Source: a virus
Taxonomy: Duplodnaviria > Caudoviricetes
DNA length: 51,971 nucleotides
IMG/VR virus record: IMGVR_UViG_3300023274_000005
Coordinates: 1 to 51,971 of that record
Strand: one strand, 5' to 3'
Shown: piece by piece, positions 37,341 to 45,135 of the stretch
Position numbering within the stretch: position 1 is the first letter of the stretch
How the letters are laid out: each line of letters opens with the position of its first letter
Program-made: the position numbers and the translations under genes
Notes under the pieces: model-generated
The model's database searches: none
What the model was told of the DNA's origin: nothing
The model's input: only the letters and a program-made list of their open reading frames with translations

Positions 37341-37738
37341 TCGGGGTCGACGCAGATGGTCTTCTGCGGCTCTTCCGCCGGCTTGATGGTGACGTACTTC
37401 TCGAAGTGAATCGGGTCATCGTAGGGGTTGCCCTGCAAGGCATCGGCGACCCAGTCCGTGATACCGACGTCGCCCGCCTTCAGGTAGCCGAACTCCATCT
37501 CGGCCATCTGCTGCGGCGTCAGCGTTGTGACGTCGACGTCCTCGCCCGTCTCGGGGTCCTCGGCGTAGGCTTCCCTGTCCACCTCGATCTGGAGCTTGAT
37601 CTCGATGTCGAGCTTGACCTTCGGGTCCTTGTCGGCCTGCATGGCCTTCGTGACGCTCCCGATCTCGTTCACGCTGGTACTCCTCTCGTGTCCTAGTCCA
37701 GTACATTCCCGGCCGTGATCGGGACAATCCTGGCTCAT
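37301..37738 (-). CDS. Hypothetical acidic protein
   Basis: ATGA overlap with upstream gene; high codon bias. Confidence 0.65.
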   Translation of the reverse strand: MSQDCPDHGRECTGLGHERSTSVNEIGSVTKAMQADKDPKVKLDIEIKLQIEVDREAYAEDPETGEDVDVTTLTPQQMAEMEFGYLKAGDVGITDWVADALQGNPYDDPIHFEKYVTIKPAEEPQKTICVDPECLVDHNQTERPA

Positions 37739-38001
37739 CGCCAGGTCCTCCCCGTGGTGTCCTTGTGGACGGCCTTCTTGGGGTTGCGGTGCTGCTTGAC
37801 GATGCAGGGCAGCGCGTAGGTGATGGTGCCGGTCGTGCCGTTGGGGTATGCGATCTCGTCGTGCTTGGCGAGGCTGTGCAGACAGCCCTTGCTGCCGCGC
37901 ATCACCGGCGGACGGAGGTGCCGCCGTCGCTGGTTGTACGTCAGGTTGCCCTTGGACTTGTTACGGAGTCGACGCTTGCGTGCGTTCAGGCCAACGTTCA
38001 T
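37735..38001 (-). CDS. Hypothetical basic protein
   Basis: ATGA overlap with helicase stop. Confidence 0.55.
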   Translation of the reverse strand: MNVGLNARKRRLRNKSKGNLTYNQRRRHLRPPVMRGSKGCLHSLAKHDEIAYPNGTTGTITYALPCIVKQHRNPKKAVHKDTTGRTWR

Positions 38002-39464
38002 GCTGCCACCTTCTCTCGGTCGAGGAGTCGTTTGACCCACTCCCACTTCATTTCGATCTTCTCGTTCCGTTCGAGGTCCACAGTGTCTCTGGCAACCAAA
38101 CGGATGTAGGTACAGGCGTTCTTCTGTCCCAGACGATGAAGCCTATCCTCAGCCTGCTTGTTCGCCGTCGGCGACCAATCCCAGTCCAGGAATACAGCCG
38201 TCGAAGCAGCAGTGAGGGTGATACCGACCCCACCAGCCTTGATAGTACTACAGAATACTCGAAGGCGACCTGCTTGGAACTCTTGTACCGCCAGATCACG
38301 ATCCTTCTGCGATACATCCCCAGTGAGAAGCCCTGTAGGTATTCCCACCTTTGCCAGCCGCGCTCCCAATAGGTTGATGGCTTGCTTGCTCTGTCCGAAC
38401 ACAACCACTTGACCATTGGTAGCCTCAATGATATCCATGGCCGCGTCGAGCTTGGCGCTCGGCTCGGTCAGTACCAACTGCCGGATGACTTCTCCGTCTT
38501 TGTGCTTCACCTCCAGTTGTCCGTAGGCCACAGCGAACTGTTGCAGCCGGATCAATTGACTGATGACGGCTGGCGCTGCGATGGGTTGGTCTTCGTGTGC
38601 GCCAACCCAGGCCAACATGTCCTTGGCCATGGCGTCGTATGCCTTACGCTGCAAGGGCAGCAGTTCGACGGGACGGTCTTCGTAGAGCTTCTCTGGTAGG
38701 TCCTTCCAGACCTCCAACTTGGTTCGACGAAGGTAGGCACCGCCCATCTTCTGATGGATGATGTCCTCCCCGTGTAGCCCAAGCGTCTCCCTGAAGGAGC
38801 GCTTGTGGCTCTTCCCGCAGTCCTCGGCGAGGCAGTAGCCCTCGGTGTGGTTGCGAACGATGACGTGGTGATTGACGAAGCTCCAGAAGCTTCGCCACTC
38901 TTGTGGCCAGAGCCAGTTCAGAATCGACCAGGCGTCCTGTGGCTTGTTGTCGACCCAGGTTCCAGACATGCCACACTTGTAGTACGTGTTCAGCTTCTTG
39001 AAGACCTGTGTCTGCTGCGCCTCACGGTTCTTGATGTTCTGGATCTCGTCGCCGATGACGTTGAACCACTTCACCGCCATGAGCTCTTTCCTGATGAAGC
39101 GAAGCCCCTGCCAGTGGATGACGAAGTAGTGGTACTTCGGGTTGCCCTTACTGTCCTTGGCCTGCAAGGCTTGGACGAACTTCGACCTGTTCTTCCGATC
39201 GATGATGCAGACCTTCGCCCAGGGTGCCCACTCCTTGATGTGCTTCTCCCATGCGCCCATGACGGACGTCTGGGTGACAATGAGCGTCTGCGCCGAGTAC
39301 CAGCACTTGTGCTTCTTGCGCCGCTCGATGTCCAGCACGAGGCCCTCGATCGTCTTGCCGAGGCCCATGTCGTCGCCGATCATGGATGATCGATCGCCCG
39401 TCTCATGCTCCCACTTCAAGAGCTGCGTCAGGCCGGTAGCCTGGAAGTCGAACAGCTTAGGCAT
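37998..39464 (-). CDS. SNF2-family helicase
   Basis: DDMGLGKT, GDEIQNIKN, SGT, LRRTK, AGGVGITL, QAEDRLHRLGQ. Confidence 0.95.
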   Translation of the reverse strand: MPKLFDFQATGLTQLLKWEHETGDRSSMIGDDMGLGKTIEGLVLDIERRKKHKCWYSAQTLIVTQTSVMGAWEKHIKEWAPWAKVCIIDRKNRSKFVQALQAKDSKGNPKYHYFVIHWQGLRFIRKELMAVKWFNVIGDEIQNIKNREAQQTQVFKKLNTYYKCGMSGTWVDNKPQDAWSILNWLWPQEWRSFWSFVNHHVIVRNHTEGYCLAEDCGKSHKRSFRETLGLHGEDIIHQKMGGAYLRRTKLEVWKDLPEKLYEDRPVELLPLQRKAYDAMAKDMLAWVGAHEDQPIAAPAVISQLIRLQQFAVAYGQLEVKHKDGEVIRQLVLTEPSAKLDAAMDIIEATNGQVVVFGQSKQAINLLGARLAKVGIPTGLLTGDVSQKDRDLAVQEFQAGRLRVFCSTIKAGGVGITLTAASTAVFLDWDWSPTANKQAEDRLHRLGQKNACTYIRLVARDTVDLERNEKIEMKWEWVKRLLDREKVAA

Positions 39465-39652
39465 TAGTCCTTGAGCACCTTTCCGCTCAGCCACCACACG
39501 GCTCCGATGAGTCCTGGAAAGCCAGCTATCAGCGAGACGGCGATCAGGGCTCCCCAGTCGCCGGTCGTAAAGCCCACACCAATGGCGAACATCACAATAG
39601 GTGTGAAGCAGACAGCTAGTGTCCAGAGAGCGCGCTTGTCAGTTCGATTCAT
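39464..39652 (-). CDS. Two-TM membrane protein
   Basis: Two hydrophobic helices; coupled stop/start. Confidence 0.65.
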   Translation of the reverse strand: MNRTDKRALWTLAVCFTPIVMFAIGVGFTTGDWGALIAVSLIAGFPGLIGAVWWLSGKVLKD

Positions 39653-39870
39653 CAGTTCGGTCCTCCCATGATCGTGCTCTCCAGGATAGGGAGTTCTACC
39701 ATCACGGCGGGTGGTAGGATTACGCCGTAGTCACACTCCAGCGACACCTCTCCCCCTTTGCCCAGAAGACGTCTGCGCAGGCAAGCGTCGACAACGAGAT
39801 CGAGGAATGCATGCTCCTCGTCATGGTCCAGTTCGACCGGCAGCTCGAAGGTCACCGTCACCTTCGTCAT
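39652..39870 (-). CDS. Hypothetical protein
   Basis: GAGGAGG RBS. Confidence 0.6.
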   Translation of the reverse strand: MTKVTVTFELPVELDHDEEHAFLDLVVDACLRRRLLGKGGEVSLECDYGVILPPAVMVELPILESTIMGGPN

Positions 39871-39882
39871 CCGTCCTCCTCT

Positions 39883-40152
39883 TCAGTTGGCCCAGTCCCA
39901 ACAGTTCTTGCACGCCCTACGTCGACCGAACTGCTCAGCCAGGCCACCGTAGCCCTTGACCCAAGCCTTCGCGTCCTGTTCGGACAATAGGGCCAGATGC
40001 TTGGCAGCAATCACGTTCAGACATATACCCTCGATGTGCAGGGTCAAATGTCTGCCTCTGAGCAGCTTTGTCCGTTCGTGGCTGATCATGTGGACAACCT
40101 TGGCCTGCGGGTGGGTGCTGGCAAAGTAGTCATATGTCAGTATTCTCGGCAC
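39883..40152 (-). CDS. Hypothetical protein with C-terminal CxxC
   Basis: GGGAGG RBS; ACKNC. Confidence 0.55.
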   Translation of the reverse strand: MPRILTYDYFASTHPQAKVVHMISHERTKLLRGRHLTLHIEGICLNVIAAKHLALLSEQDAKAWVKGYGGLAEQFGRRRACKNCWDWAN

Positions 40153-40417
40153 CAGACCTCCCCTTCAGCGGTTGATCCTTGAGGACGTCTCCGTACTTCT
40201 CGCAGTACCAGAGTATGTGCCAGACACCGTCACGCTCCTCGTAGCTGATACCTAGCCCGCCCTTGGCCATGTAGCCGTGCCTGAGCTTGTGCTTCGGGCA
40301 CCAAACGCCGTCTGGCTTGTCAGCCGACTTCGTCGTCGGAGTCCACGTCGCTCCCTGGTATCTCCTCCGTGGCCTGTACGGCCGGCTGGCTGGAGTATCG
40401 TCCGAGCTTGAAGTACT
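40130..40417 (-). CDS. Hypothetical protein (start uncertain)
   Basis: WCPKH and WYCEK Cys motifs; overlaps upstream gene. Confidence 0.45.
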   Translation of the reverse strand, partial: STSSSDDTPASRPYRPRRRYQGATWTPTTKSADKPDGVWCPKHKLRHGYMAKGGLGISYEERDGVWHILWYCEKYGDVLKDQPLKGRSGAENTDI

Positions 40418-40634
40418 CATCCGCTCTCTCCACGTCGATGACGGTCCTCCCGCATGCACAGTGCTCCGCTTCGATCTTGTGGTGCCGAATAGCGCCGTAG
40501 ACCTTCTGCGGGTAAATGCCTCGCGACTTAGCGTACGGGATGGGCGCCATCTTGGTAGCGCCCTCTAGGTCGGCCAGCTTCATCTCCTCGATGAAGGCGT
40601 CGATGTCCGCCGCCGTCGCCTTCCTCTCGGTCAT
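40320..40634 (-). CDS. Xis/MerR-like HTH DNA-binding protein
   Basis: MAPIPYAKSRGIYPQKVYGAIRHHKI…GRTVID. Confidence 0.55.
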   Translation of the reverse strand: MTERKATAADIDAFIEEMKLADLEGATKMAPIPYAKSRGIYPQKVYGAIRHHKIEAEHCACGRTVIDVERADEYFKLGRYSSQPAVQATEEIPGSDVDSDDEVG

Positions 40635-40636
40635 AG

Positions 40637-41005
40637 CTACCCTACCAGGATGAGCTTGTAGATCTTCCCGTCCGTGACGTCCTCACAGAGGATGTACGTG
40701 TCACGCTCCTTCAGGATCTCCAGCGTGATGTCACCTCGTTCGAGCTGCTTCGCCTCACCCGTATTCCCGTCTACGTCCAGACGCCACACCCACCGTCGAT
40801 CCGTGGTCTTGATCGGCGTCCCGTTGGTTCGGCGTCCTGTCTCGCTGGTGACGTGCGAGAGCGAAGCCAGGATGGCTCCGCGATTGTACTTGCCCTTGAA
40901 GTGCGTCTCGAGCTCGGCGATCGGGATGTCGCGGTTGGGGTATGCGTAGAAGTAGTCGATGATGTCCCGTAGCCGTCCACGCTTGAACGACGACTTTTCG
41001 TCCAT
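40637..41005 (-). CDS. Hypothetical protein, possible winged helix
   Basis: IIDYFYAYPNRDIPIAEL…RWVWRL. Confidence 0.6.
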   Translation of the reverse strand: MDEKSSFKRGRLRDIIDYFYAYPNRDIPIAELETHFKGKYNRGAILASLSHVTSETGRRTNGTPIKTTDRRWVWRLDVDGNTGEAKQLERGDITLEILKERDTYILCEDVTDGKIYKLILVG

Positions 41006-41028
41006 GATTTTTCTCTCTTCACGAGGTT

Positions 41029-41125
41029 GATTAGACGATGATTAGACGAGTTAGCAGGTGGGTTAGACGCGAGGACGTAGTTGTTTGAACCCACTACGTA
41101 AGGGCTTTAGACGCTTGAGTTAGAC
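41029..41125. repeat. TTAGAC(G) direct-repeat array
   Basis: Copies at 41031, 41042, 41063, 41107, 41120 in an intergenic gap. Confidence 0.7.
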
Positions 41126-41140
41126 TCTGAACGTCTGGTG

Positions 41141-41476
41141 TCAGACGTTTCGAATCTCGCCGCCACCACGCTGCTCGAGTTCAACCTGCTCCGCCAAGGC
41201 ATCGCGGACCGCCTGTGCACGAGTCGCAGACCCCGGCAGCACTGGGAAGCTCCGCTCACGCTGACCGCGCTCGACCGGCTCCGGAATTGTTCCGTCTGGA
41301 CGAAGCTGAACCGTCCAGCCGATGCCGTTGTACTCGCAGTTGGTTCCAGGGCAGGTGAGTGTGACCAGCTGTCCACCGACCTCTGCTGCTCCCTTCGGGA
41401 TTCGCCTTCTGCTCTCGACCTTGCCGGTCAGTCCGTCCCGCGGACACTGACTTGCTTCGTCCCAGCTGATAGACAC
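41141..41476 (-). CDS. Hypothetical zinc-ribbon-like protein
   Basis: CPRD…CPGTNC. Confidence 0.6.
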   Translation of the reverse strand: MSISWDEASQCPRDGLTGKVESRRRIPKGAAEVGGQLVTLTCPGTNCEYNGIGWTVQLRPDGTIPEPVERGQRERSFPVLPGSATRAQAVRDALAEQVELEQRGGGEIRNV

Positions 41477-41478
41477 TA

Positions 41479-41673
41479 CTACCCCCAGATGAACCAGGAC
41501 ACGACCATGATCGTGCCGAAGAACAGGATCAGAGAGAAGATGACCAGCGTGACGAACGCCCAGTCGCCTCCACTACTACCCTTGCGATGAAGGGCCTCCA
41601 GCGTACGGATACGCTCGTTGAGGTCCCGTAGTCCCAGCAGCACGCCTTCCCAGCGGGGGTCGTTGTTTATCAT
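41479..41673 (-). CDS. Coiled-coil protein with C-terminal TM
   Basis: LNERIRTLE; WAFVTLVIFSLILFFGTIMVVSWFIWG. Confidence 0.6.
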   Translation of the reverse strand: MINNDPRWEGVLLGLRDLNERIRTLEALHRKGSSGGDWAFVTLVIFSLILFFGTIMVVSWFIWG

Positions 41674-42170
41674 CGGACAGCTGCCTCCAGGCGCTCGATC
41701 CGAGCGTCCTGGTCCTGCGTGATACGTACGAGGTCCTTGATGCGCTGCTCCAGCTGGTGGAGTCGCGTCTGCGGCTGACGTTTCCGTTCGACGAAGTCCT
41801 TGAAGATGTCCTCGACGGGCGCCTTGCACAGCACCCACTTCGACTGCGCCTTGCCACCGCCTCGCCGCAACTGCTCGACGCAGCCCAGCTCGACCAGCGT
41901 GTTCATGATCTTGGTGTAGTACGGGTTCGCGATGTTCAGATCCGCGAACAGTCGCGTCAGGTGGCCGGTGTAAACGTCCACCTCGGACACGGGCTCGAGC
42001 TCTTCGCCCGGGGGCAGCTCCTTGCGACTCTGCTTCAGCATCTCCTCGTACACACGCACAGCGTGGTCGAAGAGAGCCGGAGTAGGCTTCTCGTCGTCAC
42101 TCACAGTCACGCTCCAGTTGTTCGTAGAGCCCTTCCATGGCTCTTCGGTCTTGACGAAGCTCGGCGTCAT
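41670..42170 (-). CDS. Winged-helix-like protein with C-terminal coiled coil
   Basis: YYTKIMNTLVELGCVEQLRRGGG…W; heptad C-terminus. Confidence 0.6.
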   Translation of the reverse strand: MTPSFVKTEEPWKGSTNNWSVTVSDDEKPTPALFDHAVRVYEEMLKQSRKELPPGEELEPVSEVDVYTGHLTRLFADLNIANPYYTKIMNTLVELGCVEQLRRGGGKAQSKWVLCKAPVEDIFKDFVERKRQPQTRLHQLEQRIKDLVRITQDQDARIERLEAAVR

Positions 42171-42301
42171 CTTTGAGAAACGCTTCCGGCGACGTATACG
42201 ATTCGTCGGACTGACGATCCTCGAGGATGGCAGAGTTGTCCTCCAGCCACTCCCCTACGATGCGGCGAGCACGCGGCTTATCGAACTCCACGCTACCTCT
42301 T

Positions 42302-42330
42302 ATTATACTAGATCTAACAATGGAAGTCAC
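42302..42330 (-). promoter_or_regulatory. Sigma70-like promoter
   Basis: GTGACT-N17-TATAAT on minus strand. Confidence 0.6.
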
Positions 42331-42348
42331 TGTGTAACTAGATCGAGA

Positions 42349-42388
42349 TTAAAAGGAAGGCCGCCAACATGGTGGCTGGCGGCCTTCC
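42349..42388 (-). terminator. Intrinsic terminator
   Basis: 12-bp stem GGAAGGCCGCCA/TGGCGGCCTTCC followed by TTTT on the minus strand. Confidence 0.8.
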
Positions 42389-42427
42389 CTGGACAGTAGC
42401 CCTACACGCCCTGCTTGGGCCTCGTAG

Positions 42428-43021
42428 CTACTCCGCCTCTTCGAGGACCTGCTCGACGGTCGCGGTCTCGGTGACCGTCTCGTCCTTCTTCGCGGCCTTC
42501 TTGGAGGCCTTCTCGGCCGCCGCCTGCTTCGTGGCCTTGACGCGCTCGACCTTGGCGTCCCACCAGGCGATGCCCTCCTCGGCCTTGAGGACGACCTTGC
42601 GACCCGGCGCGTACGGCTGGCCGGTCTCCGGGTTGATCGCGTCGCCGGCGTACTGCGGGAACGGGTTCTTGCTGTTCGGGCCGTTGTTCTTGACGTAGGA
42701 GTAGACCTCCTGCGGCTTGACCTCGGTCTTGCCCTCGGGCATCTGACCGTTCTTCTTGAGGTGCTCCGTCAGCACCTTGGCGAACTCGACCGGGGCGATG
42801 AAGCCCTCCGGCACGGCCGGTCGGGTGGTCTTGCTCTCCTTGGCCGGCTTCTCGTCGGCGGTCGGGGCCTCGACGGTGTCCTCGGCGGCGTCCGCCGGCG
42901 CCGGGGCGTCCACGTCGAAGTCGGGCTCGGTGAAGTCGGGGGTGGTGGTCTCGGTCGTCATCTCGGTGGTCTCCTGGGTCTCCTGCGCGGCCTTGCTGCC
43001 GCGACGTCCTCGCACTGCCAT
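42428..43021 (-). CDS. Probable abundant DNA-binding protein (acidic N-terminus, HTH-like core, Lys/Ala tail)
   Basis: Very high GC3, own promoter and terminator; IAPVEFAK…KPQEVYSYVKN. Confidence 0.7.
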   Translation of the reverse strand: MAVRGRRGSKAAQETQETTEMTTETTTPDFTEPDFDVDAPAPADAAEDTVEAPTADEKPAKESKTTRPAVPEGFIAPVEFAKVLTEHLKKNGQMPEGKTEVKPQEVYSYVKNNGPNSKNPFPQYAGDAINPETGQPYAPGRKVVLKAEEGIAWWDAKVERVKATKQAAAEKASKKAAKKDETVTETATVEQVLEEAE

Positions 43022-43027
43022 GATCTT

Positions 43028-43056
43028 ATTATACTCCGTCCTTGTGGGAATCTCAC
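43028..43056 (-). promoter_or_regulatory. Promoter, possibly giving a leaderless mRNA
   Basis: GTGAGA-N17-TATAAT then 6 nt to ATG 43021. Confidence 0.55.
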
Positions 43057-43075
43057 GCCCTCTAGCGCAAGATCT

Positions 43076-43474
43076 TTACCTGTACGTCCTTGACGTAGTG
43101 TTCTGAAGCTCGAGCTCCGTGAGCTTGAACTTCATGATGATTCCGGTCGATCTGCCCGCCTCGTCCAGCGGGTACTGGAAGGCGAAGCGGCGGCCGAAGC
43201 GTCGCACCATCTCCATTCGCGCACCCACGTACGTACCGCGCAGCTTGACAAACCTCTTGAAGAGGGTCTCGCCGGTGATCGGGTTGACGTGGTCGTAGCC
43301 GAAGGTGAAGATCCAGTCCTGAATCGGCTCTTCCGGCAGCACGCCGCTGCCCATGTCACTGCACACATCCGGCTGCGTCGTGACACGCTCCTGGATTGCG
43401 GCATCGTCTTCCAGCGCTTGCTGGTAGTCGACCTCGGCGTCCTCTTGGAGCTGTTTGCGAAGTGCGTCGTCCAC
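43076..43474 (-). CDS. Hypothetical phage protein
   Basis: WIFTFGYDH…FVKLRGTY…FAFQY; AGGAGG RBS. Confidence 0.7.
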   Translation of the reverse strand: MDDALRKQLQEDAEVDYQQALEDDAAIQERVTTQPDVCSDMGSGVLPEEPIQDWIFTFGYDHVNPITGETLFKRFVKLRGTYVGARMEMVRRFGRRFAFQYPLDEAGRSTGIIMKFKLTELELQNTTSRTYR

Positions 43475-43506
43475 CTTTGACCTCCTAGCTTTTTTGGCTT
43501 GACTTA

Positions 43507-43537
43507 ATTATAGCTGAGGTCCCGCGGCACCCTTCAA
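43507..43537 (-). promoter_or_regulatory. Early-type promoter
   Basis: TTGAAG-N19-TATAATTAAGT; resembles the promoter at 46397-46426. Confidence 0.55.
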
Positions 43538-44028
43538 GGGGCAACTTTCATCTCAGAATTGCCCGCAGTAGGTCCAGGCTCGGCGTCTCCGGCTTCGCAG
43601 GGTGCGATGCAAGGCTTCGGCGTAGGAGGCTCGATAGGTCGGGGCGATTCCTCTTCAGGGTTCGGCTCTCTGACCGGTGTTGCAGTCTCTTCTGCCGTCG
43701 GCTCGGGGGCTGACGTGGTAGGTTCATCTTGCACCCCCTCCCGGGCCCGTGTGGTGTTTTGCTTCGACGACTTCGGGGCTTGTTTAACCCGACGCGTGGG
43801 AATCGTTACAGACTCCACACGGGCCTTGGTGCTCTTCGTGCTCTTCGTAGGAACAGGCGTCACGTTACACGTGGTGCAGCTCCCGAAGTCCTGTCGAGGC
43901 GTACCCATTGGCGTGGGGGTCACGACAGGGGTGTAGTCCTTGTGCTCGATTGCCATGACGTGACCGACACCCACGGCGGGCAGCAGTCCGACGCCTACGA
44001 TGGCTGCGAACAATCCTAACGGTTTCAT
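43534..44028 (-). CDS. Exported/membrane-anchored Pro/Thr-rich protein
   Basis: N-terminal hydrophobic MKPLGLFAAIVGVGLLPAVGVG; low-complexity P/T/E body; GGAGG RBS. Confidence 0.65.
   Translation of the reverse strand: MKPLGLFAAIVGVGLLPAVGVGHVMAIEHKDYTPVVTPTPMGTPRQDFGSCTTCNVTPVPTKSTKSTKARVESVTIPTRRVKQAPKSSKQNTTRAREGVQDEPTTSAPEPTAEETATPVREPNPEEESPRPIEPPTPKPCIAPCEAGDAEPGPTAGNSEMKVAP
43748..43821. repeat. Second full symmetric dispersed element, inside a CDS
   Basis: CGTGTGGTGTTT-N22-GTTTAAC-N21-AGACTCCACACG, flanked by GGCC on both sides. Confidence 0.75.
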
Positions 44029-44288
44029 GTCACCTCCTCTTCTTCCCGATATGCCAACGGCCACAGAAGTCGCAGACATATGCATCCTTGTTGTTCCTCT
44101 TTGCGCCGTTGACCATTTACCCAGACGAAGTGCTGCCTGGGCCATGTCTCTGGCGGTGCACGATCGGGATGTGGCCTACCTGCGCAGGCGTACGAATCGT
44201 ACAGGCCATCTATGATGGTGATGCCAAGGTACTTCCTGCACCGATAGCATCGCTTCCTGTCGGGATAGATCCAGGTCAGTCCACGCAT
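44025..44288 (-). CDS. Cys-rich hypothetical protein, possibly frameshifted
   Basis: GGAGGTG RBS; CYRC; an alternative frame near the 3' end encodes AYVCDFCGRWHIG. Confidence 0.45.
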   Translation of the reverse strand: MRGLTWIYPDRKRCYRCRKYLGITIIDGLYDSYACAGRPHPDRAPPETWPRQHFVWVNGQRRKEEQQGCICLRLLWPLAYREEEEVT

Positions 44289-44418
44289 GCTATCACCTCC
44301 AAGTTGAGTACCCCATCGGGTGGACGGAGTTCCGGCTCCATCCACCCTCATGCAGTCCTCATCAATGGGTGTATCCTGTGCAGTTCTAACGTCAGACCAT
44401 GACTCTGCCCTCCCTTCT

Positions 44419-44501
44419 CGCTCCGTACACCGGATTCGAACCGGCGCTTCCCCCTTGCCCTGTCCTCAGAGGGCGGATCCCTAACGGAATCTCCACGGAG
44501 C
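44419..44501 (-). tRNA. Atypical tRNA-like gene (possible Leu-GAG-derived; 8-nt anticodon loop)
   Basis: Acceptor GCTCCGT/ACGGAGC, T-loop TTCGAAT, anticodon stem GCCCT/AGGGC with loop CTGAGGAC; no encoded CCA. Confidence 0.55.
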
Positions 44502-44543
44502 CCCCATCCCATGGTGCCTGTACACCGAATGGAGGTGTAATGC

Positions 44544-44684
44544 CTATCCGAACAGGTACAGTGCTACGCCGCCGACGAGTCCGCCTACGCCGACGACTAC
44601 CGCGAATGCGGTTCCGACCAGCTCGCCGCACGCCAACGTAGGACCATCCCAGTTGCCGTCACGGAGCTTGAACGGGTTCCTCAC
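44544..44684 (-). CDS. Small membrane protein
   Basis: GTGA overlap with upstream stop; C-terminal TM. Confidence 0.5.
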   Translation of the reverse strand: MRNPFKLRDGNWDGPTLACGELVGTAFAVVVGVGGLVGGVALYLFG

Positions 44685-44923
44685 AGCACGTACCCACCGG
44701 GCCAGATCTGGATTCGCTTGTCCTGTTCGATCTTGTAGCTCGGGTCGACGACGACCTTGTAGCTGGCGTTCGGGTAGAGCCGGCTGCCCGGCGTCTTGAG
44801 GACGACCTTCTTCTTGCCGTACACCTCGGGGTCCTTGTCGCGGATCTCGCACAAGGCCTCGATCAGCTCGGCCAGGGTGTAGTCGTCCTTGGGCGCCTTG
44901 ATCGGCGACTTCTCTTGGGCCAT
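44681..44923 (-). CDS. Hypothetical protein
   Basis: Coupled to bldC stop; high codon bias. Confidence 0.65.
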   Translation of the reverse strand: MAQEKSPIKAPKDDYTLAELIEALCEIRDKDPEVYGKKKVVLKTPGSRLYPNASYKVVVDPSYKIEQDKRIQIWPGGYVL

Positions 44924-45135
44924 CAGACGTACCCTTCCGTGTTGCTCTGGCTAAAAAGCTCCCCCAGGAGCAGGCGAACTTCGGACTCGTGGAACCGACG
45001 GTGCCCACCAGGCGTCTTGATGCTGCTGATGCGGCCAGCAGCAGCCCAGCGGGTCACCGTCTTAGGGTCGACGCGGAACAGTCTGGCCACCTCACTGGGG
45101 GTGAGCAGTCTGTCCTCGTCGTCACTCAGCGGCAT
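44923..45135 (-). CDS. bldC: BldC-like MerR-family developmental regulator
   Basis: LLTPSEVARLFRVDPKTVTRWAAAGRISSIKTPGGHRRFHESEVRLLL closely follows Streptomyces BldC as recalled (LLTPAEVATMFRVDPKTVTRWAKAGKLTSIRTLGGHRRY). Confidence 0.9.
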   Translation of the reverse strand: MPLSDDEDRLLTPSEVARLFRVDPKTVTRWAAAGRISSIKTPGGHRRFHESEVRLLLGELFSQSNTEGYV

